Below the pieces are notes generated by a model, which had not been told where the DNA came from, did no database searches, and saw only the letters and a program-made list of their open reading frames with translations. A DNA stretch of 32,000 nt from Nitrosopumilus sp. GTDB lineage: Archaea > Thermoproteota > Nitrososphaeria > Nitrososphaerales > Nitrosopumilaceae. The stretch is from contig JAOTTS010000002.1 of NCBI GenBank assembly GCA_029864335.1, forward strand, positions 84,671 through 116,670. The letters are read 5' to 3'. Shown piece by piece: positions 17,965-25,871 of the stretch (position 1 is the stretch's first letter; every line of letters begins with the position of its first letter). A program made the translations under genes and the position numbers.

Positions 17965-18813
17965 TTTTTTTATCTTTTTTACCATGTTAAATCTATTTTC
18001 ATAAAAAGCAGTCACCTCATCAAGAAAGTTTTGATACCATTCTCGTAATTCTTTATCTTTTTTTGTAAATAGTTTTTGCCATTGATCATATTCAACAGAT
18101 GATTTTTTATTTGAAGTGGGAATTAAAAGCTGAGTGAAATACCAACATGAAATTTGCTCTGCTAGATCTTCCTCCGCCATATGCTCAAAGTAATCTAGGT
18201 ATTTTGATGACAGATAATTCAATATCTCATAAACGGGTAACTTGGAAACCTTGATTGTATGTATGTTATCTAGAAATAATCCTTTTGCAAGTACTCTAAT
18301 TCGATATACATCATTTCCAATTACAGACTTTAAATAATCCCATTTGCCAAAAACCCAAGGAAGAATAAGGGCATATTTTTCTGCCATCCTATCAATTTCT
18401 CTGTTTGTAAGATCTAACACATCTAAACAATATAGCACTCCATTCACTGAAAGACGATAAATATTGGCAGATCCTCTCAGGTTACTTTTACCGTCTATGA
18501 CAACCAGACCAACTTCAAGAATTCCAGGAGAAAATTTTCCTCTGTCTTTTCTTCCCACCAAAAGCTTCCGGTATTGTTTTTCCTTGGCCCTAACTTTTGA
18601 TGTATCATTTACTAAATCTACTTTTGCCATTCCCCATGTAGTAAGCGACCCATTTGTAGCTAAAATATGGAGCATTCTCTGAATATTTTCATGGTGTTTG
18701 GGAATACTTTTTTTCCTATAAGAGAATTCACCGTATAGCCTCCTTGCTGTTGGACGTGTATACACCTTGTAAGCATAAAGATTACCCATAGTTCCAGTTT
18801 TTGTAAATGTCAA
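17959..18813 (-). CDS. hypothetical protein (284 aa), possible N-terminal wHTH
   Basis: A long ORF with an ATG start. The segment NIQRMLHILATNGSLTTWGMAK looks HTH-like. Nothing else was recognised. Confidence 0.6.
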   Translation of the reverse strand: MTFTKTGTMGNLYAYKVYTRPTARRLYGEFSYRKKSIPKHHENIQRMLHILATNGSLTTWGMAKVDLVNDTSKVRAKEKQYRKLLVGRKDRGKFSPGILEVGLVVIDGKSNLRGSANIYRLSVNGVLYCLDVLDLTNREIDRMAEKYALILPWVFGKWDYLKSVIGNDVYRIRVLAKGLFLDNIHTIKVSKLPVYEILNYLSSKYLDYFEHMAEEDLAEQISCWYFTQLLIPTSNKKSSVEYDQWQKLFTKKDKELREWYQNFLDEVTAFYENRFNMVKKIKKL

Positions 18814-18945
18814 TCTAGATCTCAGAAAGTTTTATACTATAATACCTTTAAACATAATTTCTATTTTATTTAGGTAGCAAACAACATAGATACTATGAAA
18901 CATTAAAAAAATAATTTTGCATTTTTTACAATTTTTTAAACTAAA

Positions 18946-19041
18946 TTCCACGTGGGTCCACTAATTACCCTCTAAACTATATCCCCCGTACAACGTGCAT
19001 GGGGATATAGTTAGATGGATGGTTTCTGGACCCACGTGGAA
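18946..19041. promoter_or_regulatory. nested perfect inverted repeats carrying two CCACGTGG palindromes
   Basis: The outer arms are ttccacgtgggtcca (18946-18960) and tggacccacgtggaa (19027-19041), a perfect 15 bp match. The inner hairpin is ctatatcccc (18977-18986) and ggggatatag (19001-19010) with a 14-nt loop. It sits in the divergent intergenic region, 47 nt upstream of the FMN reductase start. Confidence 0.6.
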
Positions 19042-19087
19042 CTCTGAAAAAATATAACCAAGTTCAATTGATTTTGCACAAGAGAAG

Positions 19088-19672
19088 ATGAGTCTAAAAA
19101 TATTAGGTGTAGCATCCAGTATGCGAGAAACGTCCTACAGCACGCAAGTTCTAAAACTAGCACTAGAAAAAGCAGAGAAGAATGGCGCAGAAACAAGAAT
19201 GTTGGATTTACGAGAATTACAATTACCCATGTATCATCCCGAACAAAACAATTCACCAGAACTTGACAAAGTTACAGAGCATGTAAAATGGGCAGATGCA
19301 TTTATTCTGGCATCTCCGGATTATCATGGTTCCATGTCAGGAGTAATGAAAAACTTTTTGGATTTTTTCTGGTCTGATTTTGCAGGAAAAACCTTTGGTT
19401 ACATCTGTGCATCACATGAAAAAGGCCTTACAGTCATGGACCAGATAAGAACAGCAGTAAGACAATGTTATGGATGGAGTATGCCCTATGGTGTATCTGT
19501 AAACTCTGACCAAGACTTTGACAAACAAGGTAACATAACCAACGAAAATATCATCCCCCGTATCGAAACACTTGGCAGGGACTTGACTGCGTATGGAAGT
19601 CTGATCACAGAACAATACAAAAAAGATCTGCAAAGTGAAGAGTCCAATACATTTGCTGCTCGTTATCGATGA
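19088..19672 (+). CDS. NAD(P)H-dependent FMN reductase family oxidoreductase
   Basis: It has the flavodoxin-like N-terminus KILGVASSMRETSYSTQVLKLALE, plus DAFILASPDYHGSMSGVMKNFLD, typical of the FMN_red family. Confidence 0.8.
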   Translation: MSLKILGVASSMRETSYSTQVLKLALEKAEKNGAETRMLDLRELQLPMYHPEQNNSPELDKVTEHVKWADAFILASPDYHGSMSGVMKNFLDFFWSDFAGKTFGYICASHEKGLTVMDQIRTAVRQCYGWSMPYGVSVNSDQDFDKQGNITNENIIPRIETLGRDLTAYGSLITEQYKKDLQSEESNTFAARYR

Positions 19673-19709
19673 AAAATTAATTATAAACATACGATTCCAA
19701 GTTTATCAC

Positions 19710-19991
19710 ATGCGCAAGGAATTTGTAATAAAAAGAATTGATGCATCGCCTGATGGTTCACCTTACGTGATAATCTCATTAACCTCTTCAAAAGATTTTC
19801 AAGAGGGAAACAAACCTCAATCCCAATTTGATCCTTCAAAAATGATGGACCCTGCCAAAATGGGAGACATGGCAAAAGATCTAAACAAGATGCTTTTAGG
19901 TATGGGAGGAATGATGTCTGGAGGAACATCATTAAAGCTTGACATGCATGAATACAAAGAGGTGAATCTTTCTGTAGGGGACATGCTGTAA
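19710..19991 (+). CDS. hypothetical protein (93 aa from the internal ATG)
   Basis: MRKEFVIKRIDASPDGSPYVIISL...KLDMHEYKEVNLSVGDML has natural composition and A/T third positions. It conflicts with the antisense ORF 19681..20196, whose overlapping part is Cys/Leu-rich and looks non-coding. Confidence 0.45.
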   Translation: MRKEFVIKRIDASPDGSPYVIISLTSSKDFQEGNKPQSQFDPSKMMDPAKMGDMAKDLNKMLLGMGGMMSGGTSLKLDMHEYKEVNLSVGDML

Positions 19992-20374
19992 ATGTAATTG
20001 GCTCATTGATTTGATATGAGATGTCCACATCCAAATCCCCTTTTGTTCCACTGACCATCTGTTTTTCGGGAATTGTGGTGTCTGAATATTCAGTAGTGCT
20101 CTGGTTTGTTAAAAGACCAAAAAACATTATTCCTACAGCAGTACTTGATGCAATAGATACAAACATCACATGTTTAATTTCCCTTTTTCTTCTCAATCAA
20201 CTCCAATAATTATCAAAAGTCTAGTTTTCATTTTTTCTCCCAATTTAACTATCTAACCCACGAATACCCTCTAGGCTCAGGAGTGCAAGAAGATACACAT
20301 GCATAGTTTTCTGGAGCATTAGGGGAAATAATACGGGGGTCTACACATCACATCAGTTAAAGACCAAATACATA

Positions 20375-20581
20375 ATGTCTTCACATGATTTTGCTGCAGG
20401 CAACATCGGAATTAATTCAGGACAGGCAAGATTCCTCAATATTGTGTATGGCCCAGGTCAAGGATATGGAAACTATGTTGATTTTCAATATGACCCATCA
20501 AAAGAATATGCTCTTTTAATTGATGAGCCATTTGGAAGTGTAGAAATTCCACTTGAACTAACTAGTAAAATCCTGCATTGA
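20375..20581 (+). CDS. hypothetical protein (68 aa)
   Basis: An ATG ORF with protein-like composition. No motif. Confidence 0.4.
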   Translation: MSSHDFAAGNIGINSGQARFLNIVYGPGQGYGNYVDFQYDPSKEYALLIDEPFGSVEIPLELTSKILH

Positions 20582-20848
20582 AGGATTTTTTATTTTTCCA
20601 AACTGATTTGCGCACTGGTCTTATTTTGAGATACACTATTGCAATTACTGGTATATTGATAGGATGTACCAAACATGTTATCAAATAATTATTACTATTT
20701 ACAAATGAAGATGCAATACGACAAAAAGGCTGTCTCTCTTGAAAGTTCCTTACAAGTCACCTTGAGGATCATTCGTCCCGACAGAGATTCAACGCCAATA
20801 AAATGATACGTCCTTACATAACACAATGCTTGCAATGTCCAATGGTTT

Positions 20849-21296
20849 TTATTCTGATTCATATGTGGTTTTTGGATTTTTTAGATTTTGCTGGTAATAG
20901 TCTTCAATATTCATCAGTATGTCCAGATAACCCTTCTTTGTCCAAGATTTGCTTTCCTGATCAAAGGAATATCCTTGCTGCATAATCTCTGACTGGCGTT
21001 TAATTACAAGACCGTCAATGAATTTAGCACATTTCTCATCAACTGTTTTTCCACTCATTATTTCATCCATTGTGTTTTGTAAACATTCGGGGCCAAGTTT
21101 TTTGCTATGGTCTTCATGACAATATCCTGTATGAGTGATTAAGTTGTCAAAATAGTCAAGAAGGATTTGAGAATTTACATTTCTTACACAGGGAAAGTAA
21201 GGAAATTCCCAAGGGGTTGTTGATTGCTCCCGCAACTTCAGTCAAAACGGGATTTTCGGTTAACTCGTGGCATCCATCACATAATCCAATCATCAT
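20849..21296 (-). pseudogene. Zn-ribbon-containing gene apparently split by a frameshift
   Basis: The ATG ORF 21296->21156 reads MMIGLCDGCHELTENPVLTEVAGAINNPLGISLLSLCKKCKFSNPS* (two CxxC pairs). It overlaps out of frame with the 128-aa track ORF (20849..21235), which has only a TTG start and reads coding-like from SQILLDYFDN onward. Confidence 0.4.
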
Positions 21297-21482
21297 AATT
21301 CAATACAAAATAAAAGGAAATAAGCTCTACTAAGCTATTGTACTAAAAATTAAACTCACTTGATTTTTCATTTTTGAAGTCTATCTAGATGGATTCTGTA
21401 CCATTTAGAAAATGTTTTGGCACATTTACACCTAATAATCAATATAATTCTTAGATTTGTTTTTGTAATTGATTCAGTCTTT

Positions 21483-21935
21483 CTAGTTGTTTACGATTGG
21501 GTTCTCATATTTTACAATTGGTTCTGATGGAATCATAGCTGATGTAAAATTTATTTTTGTTGGCAAATCCTCTAGTGCTTTTATCACTGTACTGCGTTTT
21601 ACTGGTTTTTTTAGGTGTGAGTATAATCCTTCCTTTTTCCATTCGTCTAATTCAATGTTGTTAAAATCAACAGATGAAAACAAAAAAACATTTGTTTTTT
21701 CGAACACATGATTTTCTTGAAGAAGGGTCAAAATTTGCTTTCCATCAAAATCATCTAATGGTGCGTCAACAAAAACTGCATTATATGATTCATTTTTAAG
21801 ATGTTCTACTCCTTCTTTGAATGTAGTTTCAGTAGTAACAAAAAAGCCTTTTACCCGTAATATTTTTGCAAATACACTCACAAGTGCAGGATTGTCATCA
21901 ATGATTAAAATTCTCATGATTTGGGTATTGGACAT
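21483..21935 (-). CDS. single-domain response regulator (receiver) with a short C-terminal extension
   Basis: It has RILIIDDNPALVSVFAKIL and AVFVDAPLDDFDG, a receiver fold pattern. It is 150 aa long. Confidence 0.75.
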   Translation of the reverse strand: MSNTQIMRILIIDDNPALVSVFAKILRVKGFFVTTETTFKEGVEHLKNESYNAVFVDAPLDDFDGKQILTLLQENHVFEKTNVFLFSSVDFNNIELDEWKKEGLYSHLKKPVKRSTVIKALEDLPTKINFTSAMIPSEPIVKYENPIVNN

Positions 21936-22064
21936 TTAAATTTTTGATTCATTTTTATTATTTAATTAGTTCTACTCTTTTCTACGTCTTTTTGTTTAGG
22001 AATTTATTTAAATCCATTTTTCCATATTACATTACTATGTGAATATTGATGATAAACACTTTCC

Positions 22065-22174
22065 AACAAATCATAGCCTAAGTAATTACCTAGTCAATTC
22101 TAAAAGCGACACAAATTTACGCCTAAGAGCCGGGCTTTCCCTTTTTATTCTTTGTCGATAAAAATAAAAATCCC
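22065..22174 (-). repeat. aEF-2 3'-end/downstream repeat, copy 2 (inverted)
   Basis: The reverse complement of 22065-22162 aligns without gaps to 8577-8674, with about 88/98 identical by my count and a perfect 26-nt block. Further in, it reads ...GIFIFIDKE* against the native ...GINEFIDKE*. Confidence 0.9.
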
Positions 22175-22284
22175 CCATGTTAGGTATGAATTTCTGACGC
22201 TTCTCGTAAAGTTTAAGATTTGAAAATGAATCTAGACAAGGTAGACAAAAAAAGAATAGTGTGTACAGAATTATCAGGAAATGG

Positions 22285-22683
22285 TTAGATAGTTGATTTG
22301 ATTGCATTTGAGATAAATTCTTTGTCTATAAATTTTATTTTTTGAGCAGCGACTTTTACTTCTTCAGGAGTAATAGATTTCTCCAAAGTAAGATAAATTG
22401 TAATCATTGGCAAGTATAGAATCATTTGCTGCATTTTTTCTCTAGTGATATGAATATAGTCTGTTTTCCCATAGGCATCATCAAAGTGTTCTCTGGTATG
22501 TCGTCTTAGATTAAGCTGATTGTAAAACTTAATTCTGTCAGGATCAGGTTCAATTGGTTTAGATGCGGCTGAAGATTGGTCAAGCAAGACATTTCCCTCC
22601 AAATCTATTAGACCTTGATGAACGATTTTTGGATCAGTTTTGAAAACCTCCGCTGCTAATTGTTCAACTTTTTTGGATATCAA
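22285..22683 (-). CDS. small Roadblock/LC7-like protein, paralog 3
   Basis: It has IVHQGLIDLEGNVLLD and later DYIHITREKMQQMILYLPMITIYLTLEKS, the same layout as the other paralogs. The start is TTG in the track. Confidence 0.55.
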   Translation of the reverse strand: MISKKVEQLAAEVFKTDPKIVHQGLIDLEGNVLLDQSSAASKPIEPDPDRIKFYNQLNLRRHTREHFDDAYGKTDYIHITREKMQQMILYLPMITIYLTLEKSITPEEVKVAAQKIKFIDKEFISNAIKSTI

Positions 22684-22789
22684 CAGTTTTAATATTAGTT
22701 AATTTTATAAAAACTTATCACAGTTCACAATCTTCTTTAAGTTAAAAAATAATTTTTGTCATAATCCTTAAAGATTTTGAAATTATTTT

Positions 22790-23068
22790 GTGACTTGGAT
22801 TTCCATCTTTGAGATTACATCAAAGGATTTTGAGAAAGATTTGAAATTACTAAAGGATATCTTTGAACTATTTGAAAAACAGATTCATTTCAAAGATGGA
22901 TACAAGTTTAGCTCAGAAGCTCAATTTGGAATGGGCTGGTGATTTTACACTGTTTACATCAAGATTGGATTTATCAAAGAGCTAGTCACATATAATCACA
23001 CCCTAAACTCCAAATCAAAAGATGAATGTGCAATTCTAAAGATTATTGAAGACTCTAAAATTACATAA
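22790..23068 (+). pseudogene. 92-codon ORF interrupted by one in-frame TGA
   Basis: The frame reads VTWISIFEITSKDFEKDLKLLKDIFELFEKQIHFKDGYKFSSEAQFGMGW*FYTVYIKIGFIKELVTYNHTLNSKSKDECAILKIIEDSKIT*. The only interruption is the TGA at 22940-22942. The start is GTG only. Confidence 0.3.
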
Positions 23069-23171
23069 AAGTACTACTAGAGTCAAATTTCATGGTAAAA
23101 AACCAATCTTTGCCAGATACTGGTCTTGGCTAATGAGATGATTTACAGACTTAATTTTCAGAGTTTAGAAT

Positions 23172-23357
23172 CTAAGAATTAATGAATACCTTTGAGTTTG
23201 ATACGGTCATAATCACTGCCATTTTAATCGGTACATTCTCTTTTTTTGAAATATCTAGCATTTCATTATGATGTTCTTCTTTCAAATGCTTTAGTAATTC
23301 TTCTTCAATGTCATTACGTTTGTAATTACAAGATGGAAAGACACAGTTGAAATTCAA
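23172..23357 (-). CDS. small C2H2-like zinc-finger protein (61 aa)
   Basis: CVFPSCNYKRNDIEEELLKHLKEEHH has C-x4-C-x13-H-x4-H spacing. The start is TTG. Confidence 0.4.
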   Translation of the reverse strand: MNFNCVFPSCNYKRNDIEEELLKHLKEEHHNEMLDISKKENVPIKMAVIMTVSNSKVFINS

Positions 23358-23534
23358 TAATTACAATCCAACCTAGTCTATTTTTAAGAATTTGGGTAAT
23401 TCTCACTATGTTTAGCAATAGATATACGGTTCTTTGTGGAAAGATTCTAGAACAAGACGGTTGATGGTGGGTTTGTCTAGCTGAAAAGCATTATTATCAA
23501 GTAGAATGAGTTTAAAATCTTCTAATTGCAACAA

Positions 23535-23960
23535 TCACACTTGTAAAAATACTAGATACATCATGTCATTTAGTATAATTAATGAAATCCCATATCCTAA
23601 AACTTCTCTTTCTGAATTCATATCTACATAATTCAAAATTGAAATGCTGGAAATCATGGGAGTGATTGCAATTTTTACTGCTTTCTCAAAATAGAGGGTT
23701 TTCACGCTCATAATCAGCAATGATGGTAAAAATGAATAGTAGAAATCATTGAAATATGTCATAAAACTAGATCCTGATTCTGTGTTTAGCAGTTTATTGT
23801 CTCTGATTTTTTGGAGTTGCTGTACTTGTGGTGCTAACTCTGAACCAAAGGTTGCAGTAGCAATAAGACATCCGCCTCCATTGTCAGCTCCAAAACCAGA
23901 AGCACAATCGTCATTAATCAGAACATCTCTAAATTGTTCTTCAGTTGTTCCTTGAGACAT
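23535..23960 (-). pseudogene. truncated paralog of the CFI-box-like C-terminal domain (no signal peptide or ectodomain), with an internal frame-scrambled patch
   Basis: GGGCLIATATFGSELAPQVQQLQKIRDNKLL...FYYSF is colinear with the C-terminus of 13806..15062. The expected IIADYERENPLF is readable only in another frame, and the annotated frame reads PSLLIMSVKTLYF there. The last ~10 aa are missing. Confidence 0.65.
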
Positions 23961-24322
23961 TATTTCTTGATTCTGAATTGCAACAAGGGACAGATAACCA
24001 TCTTGTGTTGTTTTTTGTATTTTTGTGCCAAAATCTCCTTACGGTCAATAAATGACTCACATTTGAAAATGACACTAGAATCACCACTCCCATCTATTTC
24101 AGTAAAATCAAAACTAGATGACTGTAGTGCACCTGACCATTGAGTGTCAGAAAACATCAATAGTTTTGCTTGATTTTCAGGTATCTTTGATTTTAATTCT
24201 GCCTAAATTATTTTCTCATTTGTTGTGATTTGGTTTGTGTATTCTCTTGAGAGAAAAGTTGGTTAGAAGAAAGGGCGTAAATTAACAATATGCTTAAGTT
24301 CGTAATTGTTGCAGAAAAGTAA

Positions 24323-24580
24323 TTGAAAATAACTGAAATTAATGTAGATGATAGTCAAACTGGATATTATTGGCTACAAATTTTTGTAAAGAACCAAAAA
24401 GAAGCATTTTCATTAAGAAGACAGATATTCGAAGACCAAGATATCAGAGAAAGACTGCATGTAGCCATAAAACAAAGCCAAGAAACAGTAACTAACTCTT
24501 CAATTGAATTGGAAATAATACTGCACAACATGATCATAGAAAAACTTGGATTAATCCTTGATGGAAAAAAAGAGATTTAG
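24323..24580 (+). CDS. hypothetical protein (85 aa)
   Basis: The ORF has a TTG start and plausible composition. No motif. Confidence 0.35.
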   Translation: MKITEINVDDSQTGYYWLQIFVKNQKEAFSLRRQIFEDQDIRERLHVAIKQSQETVTNSSIELEIILHNMIIEKLGLILDGKKEI

Positions 24581-24728
24581 ATTCTAAACTCTTTGTTTTC
24601 CCATACAATACTCTTCTAAATTCTGAATCACAATCTTAGATATGGCAATTTCCTGAACTGACTTTAATCCTTCTTTGGTTTTCTTTCCATGTTTAAACTC
24701 ATACTTTTTTTCTTGTTGAAACTGTCTT

Positions 24729-24800
24729 TTTGTTGACAAAGAGAAAAAAGGGAAAGCCCGGCTCTTCCAAGCGTGGAAATACGATATAATTTAGATTATG
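24729..24800 (+). repeat. aEF-2 3'-end/downstream repeat, copy 3 (direct, degenerate)
   Basis: tttgttgacaaagagaaaaaagggaaagcccggctctt matches the other copies. The block at 24745-24766 is 22/22 identical to copy 2. The stop codon is lost (reads FVDKEKKG). The distal part matches only weakly (gcgtggaaat, ttagatt). Confidence 0.8.
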
Positions 24801-24912
24801 ATCTACCTGTCACATAAGTAATATACAAAATGGATGAAACAACAAGGGAAATGCCAATGATTATTGCTAATTCTTTTCTTGAAAATACACTTGCTCTATA
24901 ACTCACTATCAT
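24796..24912 (-). CDS. single-TM mini-protein (38 aa)
   Basis: Hand translation gives MIVSYRASVFSRKELAIIIGISLVVSSILYITYVTGRS. Confidence 0.3.
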   Translation of the reverse strand: MIVSYRASVFSRKELAIIIGISLVVSSILYITYVTGRS

Positions 24913-24950
24913 GCTGTAAGAATAATGAACTTAAGCATTTTGATAATTAT

Positions 24951-25076
24951 CTATCCTTTCTTATCTTTCTCTAATTCTTCTATTTTCAATTCAAGTTCTT
25001 TTACTTTTTTCCTTAATTCGATATTTTCATCTCTCAATGAATCAATCTCTCTTTGATGTAATTCATTTAGATCCAT
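24951..25076 (-). CDS. coiled-coil mini-protein (41 aa)
   Basis: Hand translation gives MDLNELHQREIDSLRDENIELRKKVKELELKIEELEKDKKG, which has heptad-like spacing. Confidence 0.35.
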   Translation of the reverse strand: MDLNELHQREIDSLRDENIELRKKVKELELKIEELEKDKKG

Positions 25077-25156
25077 AAATTTTCTGCAAGAATTTCAAAT
25101 TTAAGATTGTTGGTGTTAGGAGTTTAATAGTTTTAAAAGAGTTTAATCTAATCATA

Positions 25157-25747
25157 TCATTTTCTGCTTTTCATAATTTTATCAAATGCAATTTTAACTG
25201 AAATGAGCATTTTTTCTGCATATTTTGGTTCATTGGGATTTTTGTCTGGATGCCATTTTAAAATTAAACGTCTGTATGCTTCTTTGATTTGTTTATCTGT
25301 AGAATTCTCCGATACCCCTAACAAACTGTAGTGTATTGCAATGTCTGGTTCTTCAAATGTTTGCTCTGTTTTTTGATAACTTTTTTTGTACTTGTTTTGA
25401 TTTCTCTGCCAAAACTCTCTTTTGAATAGTGATACGATGTATCTCTGATGTGTCTGCGATTCTTCTGTGGAAATGTTTATCCAGTGAGCCTGCTCAAACT
25501 CTTGAATTATTTTATCAAATTCATCATCAGAAATTCTGGATTGGCTTGTTTGAAAAGTTTCTTCTTGTGGAACATAGTCTTGTCGCTCTCTAAATCTTCT
25601 AAAATCACTCTCAAATGATTTTTGCTTTTTTAATCGTCGAATTGCCTGACAATCCCTACAGATAAACTCATCAGAATTTTCTGGGTGAGGCCACAAATCA
25701 ATTCTATCAAATGATCCTTTACAGTCTGAGCATGTGTTCGCCAACAT
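25157..25747 (-). CDS. J-domain protein with an N-terminal Zn ribbon
   Basis: The C-terminal J domain is [42 protein letters not shown], with the HPD motif. The N-terminus has CSDC...CRDC. Confidence 0.85.
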   Translation of the reverse strand: MLANTCSDCKGSFDRIDLWPHPENSDEFICRDCQAIRRLKKQKSFESDFRRFRERQDYVPQEETFQTSQSRISDDEFDKIIQEFEQAHWINISTEESQTHQRYIVSLFKREFWQRNQNKYKKSYQKTEQTFEEPDIAIHYSLLGVSENSTDKQIKEAYRRLILKWHPDKNPNEPKYAEKMLISVKIAFDKIMKSRK

Positions 25748-25871
25748 TGAGTTTGTTCTTTACTTTTCTTTTTGATGTTTTGTTAATTTTTTCTTTTCAG
25801 ATTTTTTATCAGTTATGGGGTTTGAATTTCGTTTTAACAAATCTTCAGTAAATAATACCATCGTTCTACAT

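Larger units (their letters stand above)
8595..22174. mobile_element. IR-bounded accessory segment with a casposon-like remnant at its left end (defective, no casposase seen)
   Basis: It is bounded by ~100-nt inverted copies (8577-8674 and rc 22065-22162). A truncated protein-primed PolB lies at the left end directly after aEF-2. The interior content (two-component genes and others) is not typically mobile, so the extent and nature are uncertain. Confidence 0.4.

Noticed and set aside
17959-18813. Whether the 284-aa protein could be the missing Cas1/casposase or an integrase
   Set aside because: I could find no Cas1-type acidic/His catalytic pattern and no R..HxxR..Y tyrosine-recombinase pattern by eye. 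It is left as hypothetical.
18946-19041. Whether the GC-rich nested palindrome is a tRNA or another known RNA gene
   Set aside because: A 7-bp acceptor-like pairing (gggtcca/tggaccc) exists. However, there is no T-loop (GTTCRANYC), no D-arm geometry and no anticodon arm at the right distances. The outer stem is 15 bp. It is not a tRNA.
22086-22307. 73-aa minus ORF
   Set aside because: It spans repeat copy 2, which is the non-coding flank of the aEF-2-end repeat. Its composition is implausible, so I treat it as an artefact of the repeat.
22317-22332. attctttgtctataaa inside the C-terminus of the Roadblock-like paralog 3 (encodes FIDKEF) matches repeat copy 2 (attctttgtcgataaa) at 15/16
   Set aside because: The match is too short and AT-rich to separate from chance, and no similarity continues on either side. 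I note it only because it lies 170 nt from copy 2.
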